Assembly (NCBI GenBank): GCA_951406725.2 | Contig: OX597820.1 | Span: forward strand, 3,968,001-4,032,000 | DNA: 64,000 nucleotides | DNA from: Octopus vulgaris | Taxonomy: Eukaryota | Direction of reading: 5' to 3' | Part shown: positions 63,668-64,000 of the stretch, piece after piece | How the letters are laid out: each line of letters begins with the position of its first letter | Numbering within the stretch: position 1 is the first letter of the stretch | The notes under the pieces: generated by a model | Database searches by the model: none | Told to the model about the DNA's origin: nothing | The model's input: the letters and a program-made list of their open reading frames with translations, nothing else | Made by a program: the position numbers and the translations under genes

Positions 63668-63748
63668 AACTCTAAAACCCTAATCCTAAAACCCTAACCC
63701 TAACCCTACAACCCTGACCTTAACCCTAACCCTAAAACCCTAACCCGA
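63668..63748. repeat. Degenerate (CCCTAA)n telomere-like tract; a similar tract lies at 60466-60538
   Basis: Several exact CCCTAA units interspersed with variants. Confidence 0.7.
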
Positions 63749-64000
63749 ATCCTGATGTCCATATTATTCCGCATATTTAGAAAAGAGAAAATTCTTTAAA
63801 AAAACTTTTACAAAGATTTTTGGTAATTTTTTGTCAGAATCATAATCTCCGTATTTTTCCGCATATTTTATGAAAAAAAATTTCTGAAAAAAGATGAAAA
63901 TGAAGGAAAAGGGGGTCAGGGTGGTAATTTAGAAATGTCGAGTTTTGCCAATTTTTTTGCTGATTGTATTCCTCGTAACCGAAAAGTGAGGGTTTGTGTC

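Overview
AT-rich, repeat-dense animal genomic DNA. The SINE and RTE families look like those of Octopus (recognition from memory, not a database result). One well-supported protein gene is present: an IPP/KLHL27 BTB-BACK-Kelch gene on the minus strand, with 5 coding exons (10440-22263, 596 aa, all GT-AG, phases consistent). There is also a candidate 2-exon, 188-aa basic/Ser-acidic orphan gene on the plus strand (50754-52659). The rest is mobile DNA: RTE LINEs and their 3' tails, an L1/Tx1-like LINE end, a Penelope-like element with a GIY-YIG relic, tRNA SINEs, non-autonomous Helitrons, a solo LTR, mariner and pogo relics, MITEs and TA-rich satellites. A 3.4-kb duplication across a 100-N gap is probably an assembly artefact. 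Most interesting: a Penelope 3' end carrying a tRNA-like head plus a hammerhead-like motif; a SINE that shares its 3' end with the Tx1-like LINE and also occurs with a swapped tail; dsRNA-forming inverted repeats inside IPP; and a putative IPP leader that is in frame but closed only by TAG codons.
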